DNA from: Pseudomonadota bacterium
GTDB taxonomy: Bacteria > Pseudomonadota > Alphaproteobacteria > Caulobacterales > Parvularculaceae
Reading direction: 5' to 3'
Length of the DNA: 64,000 nt
Assembly: GCA_039187035.1 (NCBI GenBank)
Contig: JBCCZS010000001.1
Span: 2,284 to 66,283 of the forward strand
The notes beneath the pieces are model-generated. The model ran no database searches. It was not told the DNA's origin and worked only from the letters and a program-made list of their open reading frames with translations. The position numbers and the translations under genes were made by a program. Of the stretch, positions 1 through 8,578 are shown piece after piece; the first letter of the stretch is position 1; the number at the start of each line of letters is the position of its first letter.

Positions 1-2077
1 ACGACAGAATATCAACGAGATCGCCCGCGCCGTGGTCGTGATTGATTTCGACAATGTGCGGACCGAAGCCGCAAAGTCGTCAAGTATCTTTAATTTGGTC
101 GGTGCGACCATACCGGCGCTCGGTCCCCCGACGCAAAACAACATCAATCGCGCCCAAACGCTCCGCGGACGCGACGCGCAATACCTTATCGACGGCGTCC
201 CGCTCGGCTTTAACGGGGGCGCCGGCTCCGGCCTCGGCGAGCTCGATAAGTTTGACGTCGAGATTATCGAACGCATCGAGGTCCTTTACGGACCCAACGC
301 CGTTTACGGCGCCGGCGCGACGGGCGGCGTGATCCAGTTTTTCACCAGGGCCCCGTCACAAGAACCGTTTGAATTTCGTGTGCGCCAGCAGTTCTCGACG
401 TTTCTGGGCGCCGACGACATTTTCGGCGATATCGCACGAAGCAATAAAACCACCGTCGGCGCGAGCGGCACGCTGGGTCGCTTCGATTATTTGTTGAATG
501 CGAGTTTCGACTCAAACAACGGCGTCATCGATGGTGAGGACGACTTGCGTGCGCCCGTATTCTCGTCCTTTGACAATGAGTTGAGCTATTTCGCCAAAGT
601 CGGCTTCACGATCGACAGCGACCAGCGCATCGAGGGCTTTTACAACTTTGTCGATTTGAGCTTTGACGATCGCGTCTTTGACGTTTCGATTACGGACGAC
701 GGTCGCGCGGTCGGGCAGTTGTCCGACAACCAAGTTGCGTTCACTTACGGGGCCGACAACGAGCCCATCAACGAAAAGCGTGCTTGGAACTTTCGCTATA
801 CGCACGACAATCTGTTGGGCGGGGCATTCGCTTTCCAGTATTACGGACGCGACGAAGATATTATCGAGCCGTTGACGGATCTGCGCGCGCTCGCTTTCGC
901 GCCGCCGTTCCCTGATAATTTCCAAGCGTTTTTTACTGATAAAGGCGAAGGCGTCCGAACACAGTATTCACGGTCTTTTCTAGACCGATTCAATATCCTC
1001 TTTGGCGTGGACTATAATGAGGAAAGCCGTTCATCCGACGCGCGGGTCTATGAGCTTGGTCCCGATTTTGACGACGAACGGTCGGTGACGAACGCCGTGC
1101 GCGAGGACACGTTCCTTTTCCCTTACGCGCTGGAAACGCTCGGCTTGTTCGGGCAGGTGGATATCGCCGTAACCGATCGAATTCGCCTGACGGGCGGGGT
1201 ACGTTGGGAAGACGTGGAATTCGAAATCGGCAGCGGCACCCGCGTTTTCGAAGTCGTGACGGACGCGAACGGCGACCAGATCGAGCGGCAAGGCGGGTTC
1301 GGCGAAAATGACGGCGTTGCGTGGAACATCGGGGCGACGATCGACGTCTCGGAGGACGTCACCGTCTTCGGGAGTTTCGCGCAGGGCTTTGAGATCCCCA
1401 GTCTACTCAGTCTTTCGTTTCTGGTGCCGGCGGGAGAGCCGCTCGCGACGTCGGCGGCGGCGGCCCCGCAAATCGTCGACAATTACGAGATCGGGCTGCG
1501 CGGCGCCGCGGGGATCTGGGATTATTCCGCCTCGGCGTACTTCGCCTCATCGGAACTCGGCGCGACCTTCCTCTTAGCGCAGGGCTCGACGCAGGGAGAG
1601 TTTATCCGTGCGCCGCAAGAGAATTACGGCTTTGAGACCAGCATCGGCGTTGAGCCGACGGAGCGGTTTCGACTTTCCGGCGCATTCAGCTGGAATGACG
1701 GCGATTTTGACGGCGACGACGACGGGAATTTTGACGCGCTGAGCGGGTTGGAAGTTGCGCCGTGGAAACTGATTGTCGACGCGCGTTTCGACGCGACGGA
1801 CGATCTAAGTTTCAACGGCAAGATCCTGACGATCGGCGGGCGCGACCGCGCCTTTGACGACGGCGTCGATCCGGCCCCGGTCGACGGGTATACGACGGTC
1901 GATATCGGCGGCGTATACGAAACCGGCCCCGGGGTTCTCACCGTTCAGCTCACCAACGTTTTCAACAACACGTACATTCCGACAGCGAATCAAACGTTCG
2001 CCGGAACAGGCTTTGTGGACCGTGTCGTCGCGGGACCGGGACGGCAGTTGATCGCGGCCTACGCCTTCAACTTTTAA
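1..2077 (+). CDS. TonB-dependent receptor (5' end outside window)
   Basis: The frame is open to the window edge. Plug-type motif IERIEVLYGPNAVYGAGATGGVIQF, a long beta-barrel region, and a C-terminal aromatic AYAFNF. Confidence 0.85.
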   Translation, partial: RQNINEIARAVVVIDFDNVRTEAAKSSSIFNLVGATIPALGPPTQNNINRAQTLRGRDAQYLIDGVPLGFNGGAGSGLGELDKFDVEIIERIEVLYGPNAVYGAGATGGVIQFFTRAPSQEPFEFRVRQQFSTFLGADDIFGDIARSNKTTVGASGTLGRFDYLLNASFDSNNGVIDGEDDLRAPVFSSFDNELSYFAKVGFTIDSDQRIEGFYNFVDLSFDDRVFDVSITDDGRAVGQLSDNQVAFTYGADNEPINEKRAWNFRYTHDNLLGGAFAFQYYGRDEDIIEPLTDLRALAFAPPFPDNFQAFFTDKGEGVRTQYSRSFLDRFNILFGVDYNEESRSSDARVYELGPDFDDERSVTNAVREDTFLFPYALETLGLFGQVDIAVTDRIRLTGGVRWEDVEFEIGSGTRVFEVVTDANGDQIERQGGFGENDGVAWNIGATIDVSEDVTVFGSFAQGFEIPSLLSLSFLVPAGEPLATSAAAAPQIVDNYEIGLRGAAGIWDYSASAYFASSELGATFLLAQGSTQGEFIRAPQENYGFETSIGVEPTERFRLSGAFSWNDGDFDGDDDGNFDALSGLEVAPWKLIVDARFDATDDLSFNGKILTIGGRDRAFDDGVDPAPVDGYTTVDIGGVYETGPGVLTVQLTNVFNNTYIPTANQTFAGTGFVDRVVAGPGRQLIAAYAFNF

Positions 2078-2605
2078 ACGGCGCGCCAAGCGCAACCCGC
2101 CGGCGTCGCCCGTATCGTCGATAAGCAGCCGCTAAATTTCCGGCATCTCGGTCTCGTGGCGACGGCGCTGCCGAATGCGAAGATCATCCACGGCGTGCGG
2201 GATATTCGAGACGCCGGCCTGTCGATTTACGCACGGAATTTCAATCTGCAGCCGCGTTGGGCGACGGACGTTGAGCACATCGCCGATTACTGGCGCGGCG
2301 ATCGGCGCTTGATGGACCATTGGCGGGCCGCGACCGGGCTCGCCATGATCGACGTCGTCCATGGGGACACGGTTGCGCATCTTGCGGGCAAAGCGCGCCG
2401 GCTCCTCGACTTTCTCGATCTGCCTTGGGGCGCGCGCGTTCCGGCGTTCCACGAGGATGCGCGCGCCGTACAAACGCGCTGCAAACGGCAAGTTCGCCAG
2501 CCGCTTTAGGCGACGTCCAAAGCGAAGCGGCGGAACGACGAACGCCGCCTCGGGCCGCTGATCGAAGCCCAAGCTGAAGCCGAAGCCGAAGCGAACGTGC
2601 GCTGA
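2078..2605 (+). pseudogene. Sulfotransferase-domain remnant (5'-truncated, internal in-frame TAG)
   Basis: The frame opens directly after the TBDR stop codon. It reads VDKQPLNFRHLGLVATALPNAKIIHGVRD...RRLLDFLDLPWGARVPAFHEDARAVQTRCKRQVRQPL, then TAG at 2507-2509, then continues in the same frame as SKAKRRNDERRLGPLIEA to TGA at 2603. There is no PAPS-binding N-terminal part and no ATG. Confidence 0.6.
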
Positions 2606-2886
2606 ACGAGGCCGCGACCTTGCGAGCGCCGGGCCCCGTCTTCGGGACGCCCGTTCGCCGACGTGTACGGACCGCTGAAGCCGGGCGAACGACGCCGCGG
2701 CTTCCGGTGCGCGCGCCAGCCGCGCGATTGTCGGAAGAGGCCCCGGCGTAACCGTAGCCTGAGCGTTACGCCGCCGAACGGCGCCAACCGGCCCAGGCGA
2801 AACGCGCGCGCTTCTGACTGCGGCGCTTTCGCCCAGCGGCAGTATCTGTTGTGGTCTTGCCGTTGGAAACGCCATGGGAGGAATGC

Positions 2887-3459
2887 ATGAATAAGAAACT
2901 GGCGACAGCATTAGGTTTTTTGGTTTTCGTCCAGGCTAGCCCGTCTTTCGCCCGTTCCTTGGGCGGCACGTGCAGCAACTGGATGACCATGAGTTTGAAC
3001 GTCGAAGCCGGCGTCGCCGACGCCAAAACTACGCGCGCGTCATGCACGGCGCTTAACGGCGACACAAGTTTCGTGACCGTTTACGAAGATCGCGCCAATA
3101 CTTGCCTTATCTGCGCATCGCAGGATTGGACGCCTTTCGTCCCCGGCGCAACGGCGATCGCCCCCGGCACTTATGAGGATAAAGGCGGATGGGGGATCGT
3201 GGTTTTGGCCGCGAGCGGCGGGGGCCTCGCCGGCACCTATACCGGGGCCTATGAGGCGGACACCGGCGCCATCAAGTTCGTCGCCGACGGCGCCGGGGGC
3301 TATCGAGGCGAGTGGAGCGAACCCGAAATCGGACGGTCCGGCGTTCTGGAAAACGTCGTTATCGCGAAGGACGGCAAGTCCTTTTCGGCCGATTGGCGAT
3401 CGACCGTAGCGGGCGAACGCCGACACGCTAGCGGCACGTCGACGTTCACGCTTAAATAG
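2887..3459 (+). CDS. Hypothetical secreted protein
   Basis: GGGAGGA lies 4 nt upstream of the ATG. Signal-peptide-like MNKKLATALGFLVFVQASPSFA. I recognise no family. Confidence 0.55.
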   Translation: MNKKLATALGFLVFVQASPSFARSLGGTCSNWMTMSLNVEAGVADAKTTRASCTALNGDTSFVTVYEDRANTCLICASQDWTPFVPGATAIAPGTYEDKGGWGIVVLAASGGGLAGTYTGAYEADTGAIKFVADGAGGYRGEWSEPEIGRSGVLENVVIAKDGKSFSADWRSTVAGERRHASGTSTFTLK

Positions 3460-4074
3460 TGAGGTTGTCGAAGAGCCCGCCTTCTTCTACCGGCGGGCCG
3501 ACGCCGCACGCGCGGATTTAAACTCGCTCGTGAATTGCAGCGGGGCGTTGCATCGGCGCGGCGGCGCTCCCCGGACGGTTGTCCGACTGCGGACCGTATC
3601 TCGCGCCGCGGCGGGCATTCGTTTTGCGCGTCGCTCAGCGTACGTTGCAGCCGGCCAGGCTAGGCCGGGTGCGACCTGAAGAGGCGATCGGCGACGAGCC
3701 GGTTCACCTTCTAAGGGAAGCGGCGGGGCCTTTTAGGGGCGCTTCAAAAACGCCGGGCTTTAGGGGCCGCAGGGGACGTCCGTCGGACGGCCCGACGGTC
3801 TCCGTCAGGCGTTTCTAAAGGGCGACGCGCTCCCGCAATTGGCGGGGCGCCGGGAACGCCTTCCACTATTCGGCGCTTGGCCTGAATTTCGCTCTTTCTT
3901 TCGCGACTATACTGCGCCTGCACAATCGAGGGACAGCCGCGCTGTTCTTTCCGCGGGCGCTGACGATAGCCGCAAGAGTGGTCTTGGCGGCGTGTAAGGC
4001 AACTGACGTCCGCAGGTGATCGCTTAAGGAGGCGAACGCCCGGCCGGCGACGATTGGGGGAGTGGGAGTTCACC

Positions 4075-5511
4075 ATGGTGAAAGTGGTGTTTTTGCAGCT
4101 GAACGAGCTGAACTTCGATTACGTCGATCGCTACATCGCGCAAGGCAAGCTGCCGCACTTTGCGGCGCTGTTTGAGCGCCATCCTTATGTGAAAACGGTC
4201 TCCGAGAGCGAGCACCATCTGGCCAATCCTTGGATCCAATGGCCGACGGTGCACACCGGTAAATCTTACGCGGAGCACGGCGTCTTCCGTCTCGGCGATA
4301 TGGTCTATACAGACCATGAGCACATTTACGAAGCGCTCGAGCGCCGCGGCGTTCGCGTCGCCGCCTTGTCGCCCTTCAATGCGAAGAACAACACCAAAGA
4401 CGCGGCCTTCTTCGTGCCCGACCCCTGGACGCGGACCGGGTTTGTCGGTTCCCGAAGTCTGCGCCGGCTCTACGATGCGCTTGTCCAAGTCGCCGACGAT
4501 TACGCCAGCGAGAAAATTGCGACGCAAGCGTTGGTCAACCTTAGCTTGGGAGCGCTCGACAACTTCATGTGGTCGAGCGTGCCGGCGTACGTCAAAAGCA
4601 CATATGGGTATTTGTTTGGCGGCAAGCGTTGGGCGCGGGCGATCGTCTGCGACCGGTTGCTGGCCGACGCTTTCTTCACCCAATGCCGGCGGACGAAGCC
4701 GGACTTTGCGACCCTGTTCCTGAACGGCTCGGCCCATTTGCAACACCACTACCTGTTCTCGTCGGCGGCCTACGAGGGCCCGCGTCATAATCCGGAGTGG
4801 CATTGCGGCGACGGTGAGGACCCGCTTCTTGAGATCCTGGAAAGCTATGACGGGATCCTCGCCGATCTGAAACGCGAAATGCCGGACGCGCGCGTGATGG
4901 TAGGCACCGGCTTGCGGCAGAACCCGCACGAACGCGAGACCTATTATTTCCGCATCGACGATCACGTGCGGTTCCTCGACGATATCGATCTCGATTATGC
5001 CGACACCTATCGTCTTATGACGGAAGACTTCGTCGTGCACTTCAATTCGGTCGAAGAGGCCGCCGCGGCCGAATGCAGGCTCGCATCCGTCAACATGATA
5101 GGCGGCGACGACGTCTTCTATGTTGAAACCGCGGACAGCGCGGTGCGAACGCAGAAGAAATGGGCCAACATCTTCCACATCGAAAACCGCGGCGAGTCGC
5201 TCTACGTGCAATTGCGCCCTAGCGCGGTCGCCATCCCGAAGGACGCCAAGGTCGTCAGCGGCGAGATCGTCGTCAGCAATTTCGGCGAGCGGGTGTCGTT
5301 CGCTCAGTATAAAAACACCCACCACCAGGGCGACGGGAGCTTCATCGACACGGGCGCGTCCAACCTGAAGGATCCGATGCCGCTGACCGATGTCTTCTCG
5401 CACATCTTGCGAGCGTTCGGCATCAATCGGTCACCGGCACGGGACATCGCTGTCGACACGGCCCTCGTTAATGTATCGGAGCAAAGAGTATTGGCGGAGA
5501 CGGGAGCCTAA
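4075..5511 (+). CDS. Alkaline-phosphatase-superfamily (nucleotide pyrophosphatase/phosphodiesterase-like) protein
   Basis: N-terminal VVFLQLNELNFDYVDRYIAQGKLPHFAALF and QWPTVHTGKSYAEHGV resemble the AlkP-core metal and nucleophile regions. ATG at 4075 preferred over TTG at 4054. Confidence 0.55.
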   Translation: MVKVVFLQLNELNFDYVDRYIAQGKLPHFAALFERHPYVKTVSESEHHLANPWIQWPTVHTGKSYAEHGVFRLGDMVYTDHEHIYEALERRGVRVAALSPFNAKNNTKDAAFFVPDPWTRTGFVGSRSLRRLYDALVQVADDYASEKIATQALVNLSLGALDNFMWSSVPAYVKSTYGYLFGGKRWARAIVCDRLLADAFFTQCRRTKPDFATLFLNGSAHLQHHYLFSSAAYEGPRHNPEWHCGDGEDPLLEILESYDGILADLKREMPDARVMVGTGLRQNPHERETYYFRIDDHVRFLDDIDLDYADTYRLMTEDFVVHFNSVEEAAAAECRLASVNMIGGDDVFYVETADSAVRTQKKWANIFHIENRGESLYVQLRPSAVAIPKDAKVVSGEIVVSNFGERVSFAQYKNTHHQGDGSFIDTGASNLKDPMPLTDVFSHILRAFGINRSPARDIAVDTALVNVSEQRVLAETGA

Positions 5512-5852
5512 TCCGTCTTCATATAACGACGGTTCGTAGCGAAGCCGCTGCTCAAACCTACGTCCGCTCCCATCTAGCCGAACGGCTGTAAGAGGGGCAT
5601 TTTGCGCATAAGGCGTCTAGGCGCGTCGGCCGCCGAGCAGGCCGGGTGCTTGCCGATACGTTCGTCCGCTCACTGACGGCAGACGGCGTGGTCCTGCCAT
5701 TGTCCCTTACGGTCCGTCGCCCAACCGCTGTAGCGCGCGTCATCATCGTCGCGCGGCGCACAAAGCGGGCGACGTGCGCGACGCCCTGGAATTCGGTAGG
5801 ATGCGTTCTGAGGCGCTTGAGGTGCGCTGGATTGCTTGGAACGGAGGATGAT

Positions 5853-7292
5853 ATGCCGCTCGACGACGCGATCGAAGGCGATGTTATGAAAGCGTTATTG
5901 GCGCGCCAAAAGGCGGCCCAAACGCTCGAAGGCGCGCCGTCGGCGGCGGTGCGCATTGATCGGATCGACCGCGCGATTGATCTCCTCGTGCGCCATCGAT
6001 CCGAGCTAGACGAAGCGGTCTCAAGCGATTTTGGTCACCGATCGAAGGACGTGACGGCGTTCGCCGACACGGCGACGTCGATCGGACAGCTGAAGTTCGC
6101 AAAGAAGCATCTGCGCCGTTGGATGCGTCCGGAACGTCGTGGTACGGAGTTTCCGCTCGGGTTCTTAGGGGCGGCCGTTCGGATCGAGCGCCAGCCCAAA
6201 GGCGTCGTCGGGATCATCGCGCCGTGGAACTTTCCCATCGGCATGGCGTTCGGTCCGCTTGCCGGCGTCTTGGCGGCCGGCAACCGCGCCATGATTAAGC
6301 CGTCCGAATTCACCGAAGCGACGTCCGCGCTGATCGCGTCGATGGTGCAGGAAGCCTTCGATGAAAGCGAACTCGCAGTCGTCACCGGCGGCCCGGACGT
6401 CGGCGCGGCGTTCTCAAAGCTCCCGTTCGACCATATCATTTTCACGGGCTCGACGTCGGTCGGCAAACACGTGATGCGCGCGGCGGCCGATCACCTCGTG
6501 CCCGTGACGTTGGAACTTGGCGGCAAATCGCCCGCGATCCTCGGCCGCTCCGCTGATTTTGAAAAAGCCGCCGCCCGTATCATGCACGGCAAAGTGCTGA
6601 ACGCCGGGCAAATTTGTCTGGCGCCCGACTATGCGATCGCCCCCGCGGAGAAGATCGACGAATTCGTCGGCTATGCGAAGTCGGCGGTCGCGACGATGTT
6701 CCCGGAGGGCCTCAAAGACAGCGACGACTACACCTCGATCATTAATCGGCGCCACTTCGATCGTCTTCAGGGGTATCTCGACGACGCAAGGGCTAAAGGC
6801 GCCGACGTCGTCGAGATTAATCCGAAGGGCGAGGATTTCACGCAGCAGCCGCATTTCAGAATGCCGCCGACGCTTGTGCTTAACCCGACCGACGAGATGA
6901 CGGTGATGCAGGACGAGATTTTCGGCCCCGTCCTGCCGGTCAAGACCTATCGGGACCTTGATGACGCCGTCGACTACGTCAATGACCGCGATCGACCGCT
7001 CGCGCTCTATTATTTCGGCGACGACCGACAGGAGTGTCGGCGCGTCGTGTCGTCGACGAACTCAGGCGGCGTGACCGTGAACGACGTGATCTTTCACATA
7101 GCGCAGGAAGACCTGCCGTTCGGCGGCGTGGGCGCGTCGGGCATGGGCGCCTACCACGGACGCGACGGGTTCGACGCGGTCAGCCATAAAAAATCGGTTT
7201 ACGAACAGACGCGTAGCGAGCTTATAAGAATGCTCCGACCGCCTTACGGCGATCTGTTCCGTAGTCAAATAAACGGCCGGATTAAGAAATAA
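5853..7292 (+). CDS. NAD(P)-dependent aldehyde dehydrogenase (coniferyl-aldehyde dehydrogenase-like)
   Basis: ELGGKSP, catalytic-Cys region GQICLAPDY, FGGVGASGMGAYHGRDGF. GGAGGA precedes the ATG at 5853. The upstream ORF extension is Arg-rich and non-homologous. Confidence 0.9.
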   Translation: MPLDDAIEGDVMKALLARQKAAQTLEGAPSAAVRIDRIDRAIDLLVRHRSELDEAVSSDFGHRSKDVTAFADTATSIGQLKFAKKHLRRWMRPERRGTEFPLGFLGAAVRIERQPKGVVGIIAPWNFPIGMAFGPLAGVLAAGNRAMIKPSEFTEATSALIASMVQEAFDESELAVVTGGPDVGAAFSKLPFDHIIFTGSTSVGKHVMRAAADHLVPVTLELGGKSPAILGRSADFEKAAARIMHGKVLNAGQICLAPDYAIAPAEKIDEFVGYAKSAVATMFPEGLKDSDDYTSIINRRHFDRLQGYLDDARAKGADVVEINPKGEDFTQQPHFRMPPTLVLNPTDEMTVMQDEIFGPVLPVKTYRDLDDAVDYVNDRDRPLALYYFGDDRQECRRVVSSTNSGGVTVNDVIFHIAQEDLPFGGVGASGMGAYHGRDGFDAVSHKKSVYEQTRSELIRMLRPPYGDLFRSQINGRIKK

Positions 7293-7440
7293 CGCGCGGT
7301 CGACGGCGGCGATCGACAGTCGTCGTCTCCGCCCACCGGACCCTTTCCATCGAGACCGATGCGGGTCGGCGCCGATACGCGCGCTTTACCTGCTCGGCTC
7401 GGGCCGTTTACGCGGTCGACCAAGAAAACGGAGAAGGCTC

Positions 7441-8430
7441 ATGCGCGCGATAACCTATGATCGCTTCGGCGACGCCCATGACGTTCTGGCCCTAGAAGAC
7501 CTGCCGACGCCGTCTCCGAAGAACGGCGAAGTCCTCGTCAGGCTGGCGACGTCGGGGGTCAATCCTTCGGACGTGCGCGCGCGGGCCGGGGGGCGGCCGG
7601 GCGTCGTAACGCCGCCCTTTCCGAAAATCATTCCGCATAGCGACGGCGCGGGCGTTATCGAGGCGGTTGGCGAAGGCGTTCCGGCGTCGCGCGTCGGTCA
7701 ACGGGTTTGGATCTGGAACGGGCAATGGAAACGCGCCTTTGGGACGGCGGCCGAATATATCGCCGCGCCAAGCGAGCAAGCCCCGCCCTTGCCCGACCAT
7801 ATTAGTTTCGAAGACGGCGCCTGTTTGGGCATTCCGGCGCTCACCGCATGCCACGCCGTTCTCGGCCGCGGACCGGTTCGTGGTTTGAACGTCTTGGTGA
7901 GCGGCGGGGCGGGAACGGTCGGGCGGCTTGCCGTCCAGGCCGCCGTCGCTTCCGGGGCGACCGTCTTCACCACCGTCCGCGGGGCGGCGAGCGAAGCCGA
8001 CATGCGCGGTCTCGGCGCGCATCATGTTTTCGATTATGGAGATGAGGATCTCAGCGAACAGATCCTCGCCGCGTCGAGCGGGGCGCCGATGGATAGGATT
8101 ATCGAGGTCGAATTCGGCAAAAATCTCAAAACCGACACGGCGGTAATTGCCGAAGGGGGCGTCATCACAAGCTATGGATCGGCGACGGACATGACGCCGG
8201 TTCTGCCTTTTTATCCCTTGATGTTTAAGGCGGTGACGATCGAGTTGATGCTGGTCTACGTGCTGCGAAAGGACGCCCGCGACCGGGCCGTCGCCGCGTG
8301 GGACGCGCTGCTTCACGCCAAAGCGCTCGATTTTCAGATTGGCGTGGTCTTCGCGCTCGCCGACTGCGCACAGGCGCACGGGAAGGCGGCGGCCGGCGGC
8401 CGAAACGGCGCGATCATCCTCTCGTGCTGA
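7441..8430 (+). CDS. Zinc-type alcohol dehydrogenase / NADPH:quinone oxidoreductase family protein
   Basis: MDR-family layout: GEVLVRLATSGVNPSD and a nucleotide-binding VLVSGGAGTVG motif. Confidence 0.85.
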   Translation: MRAITYDRFGDAHDVLALEDLPTPSPKNGEVLVRLATSGVNPSDVRARAGGRPGVVTPPFPKIIPHSDGAGVIEAVGEGVPASRVGQRVWIWNGQWKRAFGTAAEYIAAPSEQAPPLPDHISFEDGACLGIPALTACHAVLGRGPVRGLNVLVSGGAGTVGRLAVQAAVASGATVFTTVRGAASEADMRGLGAHHVFDYGDEDLSEQILAASSGAPMDRIIEVEFGKNLKTDTAVIAEGGVITSYGSATDMTPVLPFYPLMFKAVTIELMLVYVLRKDARDRAVAAWDALLHAKALDFQIGVVFALADCAQAHGKAAAGGRNGAIILSC

Positions 8431-8550
8431 CGAGAGAACGTCCGTAGGCGGCGCGTATCGGCGCGCATCGCCGGTCCGCGCTACCTGCAAAAAAACGCAC
8501 CGCAACAGCCCTCCGCACTTGATTCGCATTTGCAGTAGGCGTAGCCATCT

Positions 8551-8565
8551 TGCGAATAATTCGCA
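8551..8565. promoter_or_regulatory. Fur-box-like 7-1-7 palindrome TGCGAATAATTCGCA
   Basis: Perfect inverted repeat 14 nt upstream of the receptor ATG. It matches the 15-bp Fur core TGATAATnATTATCA at 11 of 15 positions, with symmetric mismatches. Confidence 0.35.
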
Positions 8566-8578
8566 GGAAGGGGACGTT

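Noticed and set aside
2576-2593. GAAGCC GAAGCC GAAGCG microsatellite.
   Set aside because: It has only three units. It lies in the decayed tail of the sulfotransferase pseudogene, encodes (EA)n, and shows no evidence of function.
4024-5403. 459-aa ORF antisense to the AlkP-like gene. Similar long ORFs occur at 7492-8670(-), 29517-30833(+), 16966-18009(+), 18163-19050(+), 55883-56809(-), 60085-60915(-), 31369-32265(-), 12209-12889(-) and 2132-2911(-).
   Set aside because: All are Arg/Pro/Gly/Ala-rich with no family motifs. Each lies antisense or out of frame to a gene with clear homology. These are typical high-GC shadow ORFs.
5646-5852. Long N-terminal ORF extensions. The same issue applies at 8339-8578, 21474-21599, 41978-42082, 48746-49093, 27358-27579, 33476-33625, 47433-47552, 61941-62117 and 63538-63687.
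   Set aside because: The extensions are Arg-rich and non-homologous. Internal ATGs are preceded by Shine-Dalgarno-like sequences and give N-termini (signal peptides, Rossmann motifs) typical of the families.
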